Of a stretch of 25,939 nt of DNA, positions 16,768 through 24,124 are shown piece after piece. The DNA comes from a virus (taxonomy: Duplodnaviria; Caudoviricetes), in IMG/VR virus record IMGVR_UViG_3300042567_000440, positions 1-25,939 of that record; one strand, written 5' to 3'. The notes beneath the pieces were generated by a model. It saw only the letters and a program-made list of their open reading frames with translations. It did not search any database and was not told the DNA's origin. Position numbers and translations under genes: made by a program. How positions within the stretch are numbered: the stretch's first letter is position 1; each line of letters opens with the position of its first letter.

Positions 16768-16963
16768 AATAAACGGATACGAACTACCAGCACATGTATC
16801 TTATTCAGCACTAACAACATACCTTGACTGCGGTTGGAAGTATTATCTTACACGAGTGGAAAAGTTAATTGAACAACCAACCTGGTATCTAGCAGGTGGT
16901 AGTGCAGTACACACAGCGACCGAGATGTATGATAAAGAACTATTTGAAACAGAAGGTAAGTAA
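16760..16963 (+). CDS. Cas4/RecB-like PD-(D/E)XK nuclease, N-terminal part
   Basis: HVSYSALTTYLDCGWKYYL...GSAVH is the typical N-terminal segment of AddB/Cas4-like nucleases. Start likely ATG 16760. Confidence 0.8.
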   Translation: MIKINGYELPAHVSYSALTTYLDCGWKYYLTRVEKLIEQPTWYLAGGSAVHTATEMYDKELFETEGK

Positions 16964-17580
16964 TGAATAAGTATTGGGAAGCAGCATGGGCTGCACAACA
17001 AGCAGAACAACTAACAAAAACAGGTGTTGATCAGGCACAATGGAAAGCATCTGGTCGTGCAACCAAAGCTAATCCCAACAAAGAAGATGGTGATTGGTGG
17101 AACGTAAATGGTTCAGAGATGGTTGACTCATGGATTACATGGCGTAATGGTACGCATCCACTAACTATGTGGGAAGTACAACCTGGAGTACCAGCAATTG
17201 AACTATCACTTACACCTATCTGGAATGACATACCAGTACAGATGCACATTGACAGAGTTATGATTAACCCTGATGGTGAACTAATTGTATTAGATATTAA
17301 AACAGGTGTACGTACCCCATCGTCAGACTTACAGTTAGCATTCTATGCTGCAGGTATGGAAGAAATGTTAGGCATCCGTCCACAGTATGGTGCATACTGG
17401 ATGGCTAGGTCTGGTCAGACTAGTGAACTAATTGACCTAGACTATTTTAGTAAGGATGATATCATTGAGATTGTTACTAAGTTTGATCAAGCTCGTAAGG
17501 CAGAGCTGTTCATACCTAACCTCAATCACTGTATAATGTGTAATGTAAAAGACCAATGCAAGTACAAAAGAAAAGGATAG
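16963..17580 (+). CDS. Cas4/RecB-like PD-(D/E)XK nuclease, catalytic C-terminal part
   Basis: HIDRV, LDIKTG, QLAFYA and terminal CIMCNVKDQC (C-x2-C-x5-C). Confidence 0.88.
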   Translation: MNKYWEAAWAAQQAEQLTKTGVDQAQWKASGRATKANPNKEDGDWWNVNGSEMVDSWITWRNGTHPLTMWEVQPGVPAIELSLTPIWNDIPVQMHIDRVMINPDGELIVLDIKTGVRTPSSDLQLAFYAAGMEEMLGIRPQYGAYWMARSGQTSELIDLDYFSKDDIIEIVTKFDQARKAELFIPNLNHCIMCNVKDQCKYKRKG

Positions 17581-17586
17581 AACAAA

Positions 17587-18057
17587 GTGGAAAGTAATTA
17601 CGTAGTAAATGTAAAGACTAAGGTAGGTACTATCATTACCGTACGCGGTACTGATGCTACTGAGTTTGAAAATAATATCAATGCTCTCATTGGTAACGGA
17701 GTTAATAACAGCATCGCTGCAATGGAAGAGTTGTTTCTTGGAACGCAACCCAGTCAATCAAGTAACGCAAGAATCAATACAGTGGTTGATGCGCTAGGTG
17801 GTACAGTAATTAGCGAGACACCAATCCCAGCAACAACACCAGCAGCACCATTCGCACCAGTAGCACCACCATCAGTAGCAGGGGTTACAGCAGGCTCAGC
17901 CAGCAGGACTTGTATTCATGGTGTAATGACTAAGCGTGAAGGTGTAGGACCATACGGACCTTACAAGGCTTACATGTGTCCAACAGCTAAGGGTACACCA
18001 GATCAGTGTAAAGCTATCTATCTGAAAACCAACGACCCAGACTACGCTACGTTCTAG
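17587..18057 (+). CDS. Replication-region hypothetical protein with C-terminal Zn-binding motif (156 aa)
   Basis: GTG start after AAAGGA; Pro/Ala linker, then CIHG...YMCP...DQC. Confidence 0.75.
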   Translation: MESNYVVNVKTKVGTIITVRGTDATEFENNINALIGNGVNNSIAAMEELFLGTQPSQSSNARINTVVDALGGTVISETPIPATTPAAPFAPVAPPSVAGVTAGSASRTCIHGVMTKREGVGPYGPYKAYMCPTAKGTPDQCKAIYLKTNDPDYATF

Positions 18058-18067
18058 TCGCATAGGT

Positions 18068-18116
18068 TTGACTGGGTAGTGTAGTGGGGAAGGCTACCTA
18101 CCCAGTCAATTATTTA
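18068..18116 (+). terminator. Long hairpin with GGGGAAG loop before helicase
   Basis: TTGACTGGGTAG/CTACCCAGTCAA (12 bp) plus inner GTAGT/GCTAC, followed by TTATTTA. Confidence 0.6.
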
Positions 18117-18127
18117 TTGGGAGATAA

Positions 18128-18910
18128 ATGAAAACATTAAGCAGAGCAGTAGGTCGTCCTGACATTGGTGGTGAGCCAATGCCTACAGTATTCAGGACGT
18201 TTGACAATAACCAAATCGTATTGCGAAGAGCAGAAGTAAGTATGATTGCAGGCACACCAGGTGCAGGTAAGTCAACACTTGCACTAGCCCTAGCACTACG
18301 TATGCAAGCACCAACGCTATACCTATCAGCAGATACTAATGCTCACACTATGGCTATGCGTTTGTATTCAATGATTACAGGAGTAAGTCAGAGTGAAGCA
18401 GAAAAAATCATATCGGAAGACCCAATCAATTCTAGGAATAACCTTGCTCTTGCCAGCCATATTTATTGGAGCTTTGATAGTGCCCCTAGTCTTAGTGATA
18501 TCGACGATGAGGTTACCGCAATTGAGGAGTTACTTGGAGAAGCACCTGCCTTAATTGTTATTGATAACCTTATGGATATTAGTATGGATGGCGGAGAAGA
18601 ATTCAGTAACATGCGTAGTGCACTTAAAGAACTTAAGTACTTAGCAAGAGATACCAACGCCGCTATCCTAGTATTACATCACACACAAGAAGGTTATGTC
18701 GGAGACCCATGCCAACCAAGATCATCCCTGCAAGGCAAGGTAGCACAGTTACCTGCACTAATCCTTACCGTTGGACAGAGCAATGGATTGCTAGGTGTAG
18801 CTGCAGTTAAAAATAGATACGGTAAAGCAGACCAGTCTGGTAAGTCACCAGTATGGTTACAATTTAATCCAGAGTATATGTTTATAGCAGATCTAGAGGA
18901 GGCGAGATAA
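18128..18910 (+). CDS. DnaB/RecA-like (SF4) helicase ATPase domain
   Basis: Walker A GTPGAGKS, Walker B LIVIDNL, LVLHH and VKNRYG; 260 aa with no N-terminal domain. Confidence 0.88.
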   Translation: MKTLSRAVGRPDIGGEPMPTVFRTFDNNQIVLRRAEVSMIAGTPGAGKSTLALALALRMQAPTLYLSADTNAHTMAMRLYSMITGVSQSEAEKIISEDPINSRNNLALASHIYWSFDSAPSLSDIDDEVTAIEELLGEAPALIVIDNLMDISMDGGEEFSNMRSALKELKYLARDTNAAILVLHHTQEGYVGDPCQPRSSLQGKVAQLPALILTVGQSNGLLGVAAVKNRYGKADQSGKSPVWLQFNPEYMFIADLEEAR

Positions 18911-18969
18911 TGGAACGAATCAATTGGGATACCAATAATCCAGTAGAGTATGACGATGATGATGAGTAA
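18910..18969 (+). CDS. Acidic micropeptide (19 aa)
   Basis: MERINWDTNNPVEYDDDDE; SD GAGGAGG (18896-18902) 7 nt upstream; TAATG-coupled to the helicase. Confidence 0.55.
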   Translation: MERINWDTNNPVEYDDDDE

Positions 18970-19090
18970 ATTTGGATGGTGTACTGGACACGAAATAGAA
19001 CAGCAACACAGCAAGTGCCCAAAAGAATTTACTAATAACGTAAGCGACTATACATTGAAATGTGATTGTGAATGCCATGAGCAAAAGTAA
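18962..19090 (+). CDS. Cys/His-rich microprotein (42 aa)
   Basis: MSKFGWCTGHEIEQQHSKCPKEFTNNVSDYTLKCDCECHEQK; overlaps both neighbours. Confidence 0.65.
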   Translation: MSKFGWCTGHEIEQQHSKCPKEFTNNVSDYTLKCDCECHEQK

Positions 19091-19412
19091 ACAAAAAGGT
19101 ACGGCTGCTGAGACAGCAGTAGTTAACTGGCTACTAAGTAAAGGACGCAAGCATGTCGAACGACGATCACTTAACGGTGTCAATGATCGAGGTGACATTG
19201 CAGGTGTGCCTGGAGTTGTACTCGAAATAAAAAACTGTGCCAAGATGGAACTATCAGCATGGTTAAAAGAGCTAGAAGTAGAAATGATTAATGACAAAGC
19301 TGACACAGGTGTAGTGATACATAAGAAAAAAGGAACTCAAGATGTTGGGTTATGGTACGCCACTATGCCAGTGCATGTATGGTTTAAACTAATAGAAGAC
19401 GCAGGTTACTGA
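19077..19412 (+). CDS. Holliday junction resolvase (Hjc-like PD-(D/E)XK)
   Basis: SKQKGTAAE...DRGDI...LEIKN motif set; start at MSKSKQKG. Confidence 0.8.
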   Translation: MSKSKQKGTAAETAVVNWLLSKGRKHVERRSLNGVNDRGDIAGVPGVVLEIKNCAKMELSAWLKELEVEMINDKADTGVVIHKKKGTQDVGLWYATMPVHVWFKLIEDAGY

Positions 19413-19771
19413 TGGACGTACCACCTATTGCTGCAATCATAGAGCACTACGGTGGTAGATTACGTAGAGACTATGGCAGTTGGCAAAAAATTAAGTGTCC
19501 ATTCCATGACGATAGCCATGCATCAGCAGGCGTATCAGTTACAGATAACATCTTTGTATGTCATGGCTGTGGAGTAAAAGGAAATGCATTTAACGTAATC
19601 AAAATACACGAAGGAGTTAAGTACGGTGAAGCTATCAAGATCGCAGAAAGTATTACTGGAGAAAGCTACAAGTCATTACGAGGAGTACCTTCCATTGGCA
19701 GAAGAGTATCTAGCCAAGCGAGGGATAAGTCTAAAGACAGCTCAAGAGATTCGATTAGGAGTCGTCGTTGA
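19412..19771 (+). CDS. DNA primase zinc-binding domain (CHC2)
   Basis: CPFHDDSHAS...FVCHGCGVKGN. Confidence 0.88.
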   Translation: MDVPPIAAIIEHYGGRLRRDYGSWQKIKCPFHDDSHASAGVSVTDNIFVCHGCGVKGNAFNVIKIHEGVKYGEAIKIAESITGESYKSLRGVPSIGRRVSSQARDKSKDSSRDSIRSRR

Positions 19772-20243
19772 TCCATTAGCAGGACAAGAAGCATTTGTAA
19801 ATAGACTAGCTATTCCATACATAACACCAACAGGTGTAGTTGATGTAAGGTTTAGATCAATGGGATTAGAAGAACCTAAGTACATGGGTATGCCAGGAAC
19901 TTCTACTAGGTTATACAATGTAAGTGCACTGCACACGGCAGGCAATTTTATAGCGGTATGTGAAGGAGAAATAGATGCTATCACTCTTAGTTATTCTTGC
20001 GGCATTCCTGCTGTGGGTGTTCCTGGAGCTAATGCTTGGAAACGGCACTACGGACGTTTACTGGCAGACTTTGAAACTATCTATGTTTTTGCTGACGGTG
20101 ATCAGCCTGGCTCTGATTTTGCAAAGAGTCTAAGTAAAGAGTTTAATAGTGTTATCATTATGCAGATGCCTGAAGGTGAGGATGTTAACTCAATGTACTT
20201 ACGTAATGGATCTGGTTACTTTACAGAAAAGATTGCAGCATGA
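19626..20243 (+). CDS. DNA primase catalytic (TOPRIM) domain
   Basis: YLAKRGI, RLAIPY, PKY, VCEGEIDA, DGDQPG and EDVN; GTG start with SD AAGGAG 9 nt upstream. Confidence 0.9.
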   Translation: MKLSRSQKVLLEKATSHYEEYLPLAEEYLAKRGISLKTAQEIRLGVVVDPLAGQEAFVNRLAIPYITPTGVVDVRFRSMGLEEPKYMGMPGTSTRLYNVSALHTAGNFIAVCEGEIDAITLSYSCGIPAVGVPGANAWKRHYGRLLADFETIYVFADGDQPGSDFAKSLSKEFNSVIIMQMPEGEDVNSMYLRNGSGYFTEKIAA

Positions 20244-20725
20244 AACAAAAAGAATATGAACGAAGTGACAAATGGGAACTAGAAGAACATGAAAGAAAAC
20301 TAGAGGAGTACAATGCAAGACTTCAGCGAACAAGAAATAAATCACATCTTCCAAGCCCTAATCAACATGGGTTTAAAAGTTGTGGATGTGAAATATGCGA
20401 ACGGACTTACTCTAACATTAAAGAGACCAACGCTAAAATAAAACCACCATTAGAGTTTGAAGCTGCCATCATAGCTCGCAAAGCTATTGAGTTACTAGTG
20501 CAAAAGCATGACGACTATGGACCAAGCAACATCTCTGATGCACCAGGTGGACCACTGAACGGACTAAGTGTTAGGCTACATGACAAGGTAGCAAGACTAA
20601 ACAATCTATTGTCAAACAATAAAGAACCACAAAACGAAAGTGTACAAGATACATTCATTGATATCCTTAACTATGCACTCATTGCCTTACTGGTAATCGA
20701 GAACAAGTGGGACTCTACTAAGTAG
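20240..20725 (+). CDS. DUF1599 / nucleotide-modification-associated domain 1 protein
   Basis: KHDDYG, VRLHDKVARL and ESVQDTFIDILNYALI, preceded by a ~65-aa N-terminal extension. Confidence 0.8.
   Translation: MKQKEYERSDKWELEEHERKLEEYNARLQRTRNKSHLPSPNQHGFKSCGCEICERTYSNIKETNAKIKPPLEFEAAIIARKAIELLVQKHDDYGPSNISDAPGGPLNGLSVRLHDKVARLNNLLSNNKEPQNESVQDTFIDILNYALIALLVIENKWDSTK
20313..20441 (+). CDS. Nested +1-frame microprotein (42 aa) inside the DUF1599 gene
   Basis: GAGGAG-taca-ATG; MQDFSEQEINHIFQALINMGLKVVDVKYANGLTLTLKRPTLK. Confidence 0.5.
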   Translation: MQDFSEQEINHIFQALINMGLKVVDVKYANGLTLTLKRPTLK

Positions 20726-20731
20726 GTAAAT

Positions 20732-21490
20732 ATGAAAACAGTTATAGTGATTCCAGATATGCAAGTTCCTTACCATGATCCTCGTGCTGTACGTGCAGTA
20801 CAAAACTTTGTAGGTGACTACCAACCAGATGAACTTTACTGTGTTGGTGATGAAGCAGATAGTCCTGAACCATCACGATGGAACAAAGGTTTAGTTGGAG
20901 AGTTTGAAGGAACTCTACAAGCTGGACTAGATCGTACTGCTGCCATTATGAAAGAGTTTAAAAACAAGTTAGGTGATAAGCCTTTCCATACCATGAGGAG
21001 TAACCACGGTGACCGAGTTGAGAACTATGTCAAGAGATATGCCCCAGCACTGGCAAGTTTGCGGGAGTTGGAATACTCCAAGCTTTTACATTACAGCGAA
21101 AACGAAATTACCTATCACGATAAGTTATGGGAGTTTGCACCAGGATGGGTACTGGCACATGGGGATGAAGGCAACATCTCAAGGCAAGCTGGTGGGACGG
21201 CTCTCGCTTTGGCTCGCAAAATTGGGTCTTCGGTCGTCTGTGGGCATACACATAGAGCAGGAATCCAGCATGAACACCAAGGTTATAATGGCAAAATTCA
21301 AAGTCGTCTCTACGGAGTTGAAGTCGGACACCTTATGGATCTCAGCCAAGCGTCTTACTTAAATACTGGTAGTGCTAACTGGCAACAAGCATTTACTATT
21401 CTCTACATACGTAGAGGTAACGTGACTCCTGTTGTTGTACCTATCAATGGACGATCTTTTGTAGTCGAGGGTAAGACATATGAGTTCTAA
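20732..21490 (+). CDS. Calcineurin-like metallophosphoesterase
   Basis: Motifs PDMQVPYHD, VGDEAD, SNH, HGD and GHTH. Confidence 0.9.
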   Translation: MKTVIVIPDMQVPYHDPRAVRAVQNFVGDYQPDELYCVGDEADSPEPSRWNKGLVGEFEGTLQAGLDRTAAIMKEFKNKLGDKPFHTMRSNHGDRVENYVKRYAPALASLRELEYSKLLHYSENEITYHDKLWEFAPGWVLAHGDEGNISRQAGGTALALARKIGSSVVCGHTHRAGIQHEHQGYNGKIQSRLYGVEVGHLMDLSQASYLNTGSANWQQAFTILYIRRGNVTPVVVPINGRSFVVEGKTYEF

Positions 21491-22121
21491 TGGAATTGTT
21501 TATGAGATGTACCATGCTATGGTCAAGCAGATTGGATCAGAGTTTAAACGTAAATACCAGATGGTTGAACGTGAAGACATTGAACAAGAGTTATGGCTAT
21601 GGTTTGCTGAACATCCCAACAAGATAGAGGAATGGTTAGCTTTACCTGATCAGAAAGATAGAGATAAACTATTTGCTAGGTCACTACGTAACTCAGCACT
21701 AGACTATTGCATTAAAGAAAAAGCACATAAGTCTGGTTACAATGCTGAAGATAACTTCTGGTACAACAAGCAGTTCATTAAGCTTATGATTCCTGCTGTG
21801 CTTAGTGACGACTGGACTAAGTTCAACAACACACTAAGCAACATGGGTCGTACTAGTAAAGCACTAGCAGAGTCAGGTGACTTTATGGCATTTAGTTCTG
21901 ATGTCAAGGTTGCTTTCGATAAGTTAAATGACAGAGAAAAATCATTAGTTCATTTATTTTATGGAGAGCAGATAGATGGAGCAGAACTAAGAGATCGTAT
22001 GGACGCTGACAAGTCACAAAAAGCAGTGATGATGGAAGCTAACAGAGCAGTCAACAAGATGGTTAAGATACTAGGTGGTAACCCACCAGTAAGAGACGAA
22101 GACTACCAAAGCAATACATAA
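21480..22121 (+). CDS. Phage sigma-70/ECF-like transcription factor
   Basis: Region-2-like EREDIEQELWLWF...SLRNSALDYC and region-4-like LNDREKSLVHLFYGEQIDGAEL; last gene of the early arm. Confidence 0.75.
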   Translation: MSSNGIVYEMYHAMVKQIGSEFKRKYQMVEREDIEQELWLWFAEHPNKIEEWLALPDQKDRDKLFARSLRNSALDYCIKEKAHKSGYNAEDNFWYNKQFIKLMIPAVLSDDWTKFNNTLSNMGRTSKALAESGDFMAFSSDVKVAFDKLNDREKSLVHLFYGEQIDGAELRDRMDADKSQKAVMMEANRAVNKMVKILGGNPPVRDEDYQSNT

Positions 22122-22180
22122 AAAAATAACCCCCCTTAGGGTGGTAGGTACTAAGTTGCCTACTACTCTAAGAGGGGTTA
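22120..22180. terminator. Convergent (likely bidirectional) terminator
   Basis: 24-bp stem at 22127-22180 (1 mismatch and 3 G-U pairs on the + strand). The A-tract on the left gives a U-tract for the minus-strand transcript. Lies between convergent genes. Confidence 0.8.
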
Positions 22181-22193
22181 CATAAGCCGTAGC

Positions 22194-22670
22194 TTATGAC
22201 GATGGTACTTCTTCTGGTAATGGTTCACCAGGTTGCCACCATTTGAATTGACGATTAGATGAAGTGCATCCACTACCACCCATAATCTTGTATTGAACTG
22301 TCATGGGATATTTACTTTTGGTTTCCCATAACAATGTACCTTGCCATACCTTAATACCTTTTGGGTATGGGTATGTATTAGTACCAGTTGTATCCAACTT
22401 ACCATTAGGTAGATGTCTTGCTAGTCTCATCTTTATGTAGCGAGGTTTCTTTTTGCACTGCATGTGCAACTGTGCAACCCATAGAGTTCGCTCACCATTA
22501 AGAGTAAACGAATCATTGCCACTAAATGGAACGTCAGTCCATTTGTTAGTACGTAGTGATACCGTACTCTCATCCTTCTTTAGTTTACTTGCACCTGCAT
22601 CAGCTTGTGATGAGGACAACATAAGAACGAGAGCAGTACTTATAGATACCGCTACTAACTTGCGAAACAA
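22194..22670 (-). CDS. Secreted/exported hypothetical protein (158 aa)
   Basis: TTG start with GAGG SD; signal peptide MFRKLVAVSISTALVLMLSSSQADA; basic, beta-rich mature part with two Cys. Confidence 0.75.
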   Translation of the reverse strand: MFRKLVAVSISTALVLMLSSSQADAGASKLKKDESTVSLRTNKWTDVPFSGNDSFTLNGERTLWVAQLHMQCKKKPRYIKMRLARHLPNGKLDTTGTNTYPYPKGIKVWQGTLLWETKSKYPMTVQYKIMGGSGCTSSNRQFKWWQPGEPLPEEVPSS

Positions 22671-23102
22671 TTAAGCCTCTGGTGTTGCTGGTTTCTTGGC
22701 ATCGCCAATGATCTTAGCAGGATCTAACCCACCGCCACGCTTCCAGCCTGGACCTGCCTGTAGTTCCATGTGAAGATGCGGACCTGTGACATTGCCTTCT
22801 TTTCCAACCTTACCGATAAAGTCTCCAGTCTTAAGGTTTTGTCCGACCTTGACCTTGTAAGAAGATAGGTGAGCAAATAGAAGATGTCCACCTTCAACTT
22901 TAAGTAGCACTGAGTACTGTCCAAAAGCAGCACCCCATACTTGACCAACCTTTACAACCTTGCCATCGCATGGAGCAACTACAACTGCACCTACTGGTGC
23001 TGCATAGTCCACTCCTTCATGCTTTCCGCTAGACCATCGCTTTCCAGCGACTCCGAAGGGTGTCGTGACCTTATACTTTGTATCTTTCATTGGTGAAGCC
23101 AT
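22671..23102 (-). CDS. M23-family peptidase (putative endolysin)
   Basis: HEGVD (HxxxD), FAHLS and TGPHLHME (HxH). Confidence 0.92.
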   Translation of the reverse strand: MASPMKDTKYKVTTPFGVAGKRWSSGKHEGVDYAAPVGAVVVAPCDGKVVKVGQVWGAAFGQYSVLLKVEGGHLLFAHLSSYKVKVGQNLKTGDFIGKVGKEGNVTGPHLHMELQAGPGWKRGGGLDPAKIIGDAKKPATPEA

Positions 23103-23284
23103 TAGTCTTCATCCTCTTCTCTTAGTGGTATTGTTACAAGCCATACAAGGAAGCCAGATATTACTAAGATCCCTGTTACCTTCTTGGCTCCGCCGTCTAA
23201 CGTAAAGTAAGCTATGGCGAGTCCGACCAAGGTGTATGTCTCTGCTGTTATTTCTTTTAAGTATTTCTTTATTCGATTAAGCAA
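23102..23284 (-). CDS. Small two-TM membrane protein (holin-like or lysis accessory)
   Basis: Basic N-terminus, two hydrophobic segments and an acidic tail; AGGAG upstream of TTG; TAATG-coupled to the M23 gene. Confidence 0.65.
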   Translation of the reverse strand: MLNRIKKYLKEITAETYTLVGLAIAYFTLDGGAKKVTGILVISGFLVWLVTIPLREEDED

Positions 23285-24121
23285 CTACTTAAGTCTCCTG
23301 ACTTGGGCTAACTGACCTACAATTACTGCAGCAACTACAACACCCTGAGATTCTTCTCTTTCTTCAGGTGTCATGTCACTACCTATAGCCATGATCGACT
23401 CCGCAGCAGCTGCTAACTGTACAATTCCAGGTACATTTTCTAGGTAGGTTGGTAGTTGGATACTAACCTCTGCTAAAAACTGTTCTGTGTCGCTTACAGG
23501 GGCAGGAACAGCCATTGTAGGCTGTGGTTCTGGGGTTATTTCTGGGACTATTTCTTCTATCGTAGGAGTAGGGGAAGGTGTAGGCTCAACTTGTACAGAT
23601 TCTTGTACAACTTCTGGAGTAGGTGTTGGCTCTACTGGTACTGGTACTACTACCTCTGGTGTAGGTTCAGCTATAGTTTCAGTAGGGGTAGGACTTGGTT
23701 CTACTGTAGGTTCTGGAGTGGGTGATTCAATTTGAGTAGGTTCAGGTATTGGCGTTGGCTCTGGGTTCAGAGTTGGTTCAACGCTTACGACTGGCTCAGG
23801 GCTAGGACTTGGCACAGGTTCTAATACAGGAACTATGCCATTGTACCAACGCAATGGAGAATCTAACGGTAAGTTATCCGTAATGTAAATAGGATAACCA
23901 TTAGAGAATCCACCCTCACAGTAAAGACGAGCTATATTACCTTTACCATTAAAGAATTGATTAGAGTTATCCCACCCAATAGAAAACGTACGTTCTGTTC
24001 CATCGTTTGTAGCACATGTAACTTCAGCTATAGCCTGTTCAGCATATGCATTGGTTGGTGTAAACACCATGAACGAACCTACAATAAAAGAAACAATTCC
24101 TAAGCGGAGTTTTCTTTTCAA
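23285..24121 (-). CDS. Exported Pro/Glu/Thr-rich membrane-anchored protein (278 aa)
   Basis: Signal peptide ending AYA, a small domain with a Cys pair, an EPTP stalk, and C-terminal hydrophobic VVVAAVIVG followed by RRLK. Confidence 0.75.
   Translation of the reverse strand: MKRKLRLGIVSFIVGSFMVFTPTNAYAEQAIAEVTCATNDGTERTFSIGWDNSNQFFNGKGNIARLYCEGGFSNGYPIYITDNLPLDSPLRWYNGIVPVLEPVPSPSPEPVVSVEPTLNPEPTPIPEPTQIESPTPEPTVEPSPTPTETIAEPTPEVVVPVPVEPTPTPEVVQESVQVEPTPSPTPTIEEIVPEITPEPQPTMAVPAPVSDTEQFLAEVSIQLPTYLENVPGIVQLAAAAESIMAIGSDMTPEEREESQGVVVAAVIVGQLAQVRRLK
23500..23830 (-). repeat. Low-complexity (E/S)PTP coding repeats
   Basis: Degenerate repeats encoding PEPTP/EPSPTP; boundaries approximate. Confidence 0.75.
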
Positions 24122-24124
24122 TTA

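Noticed and set aside
16760-17580. Cas4-like gene as evidence of a CRISPR system
   Set aside because: No repeat-spacer array or other cas genes seen; solo Cas4/RecB-like nucleases are common phage recombination genes.
21009-21362. 117-aa +1-frame ORF with a GAGGAG SD inside the metallophosphoesterase
   Set aside because: The SD arises from codons of the catalytic MRSNH motif, and the product has typical off-frame composition. Not fully excluded.
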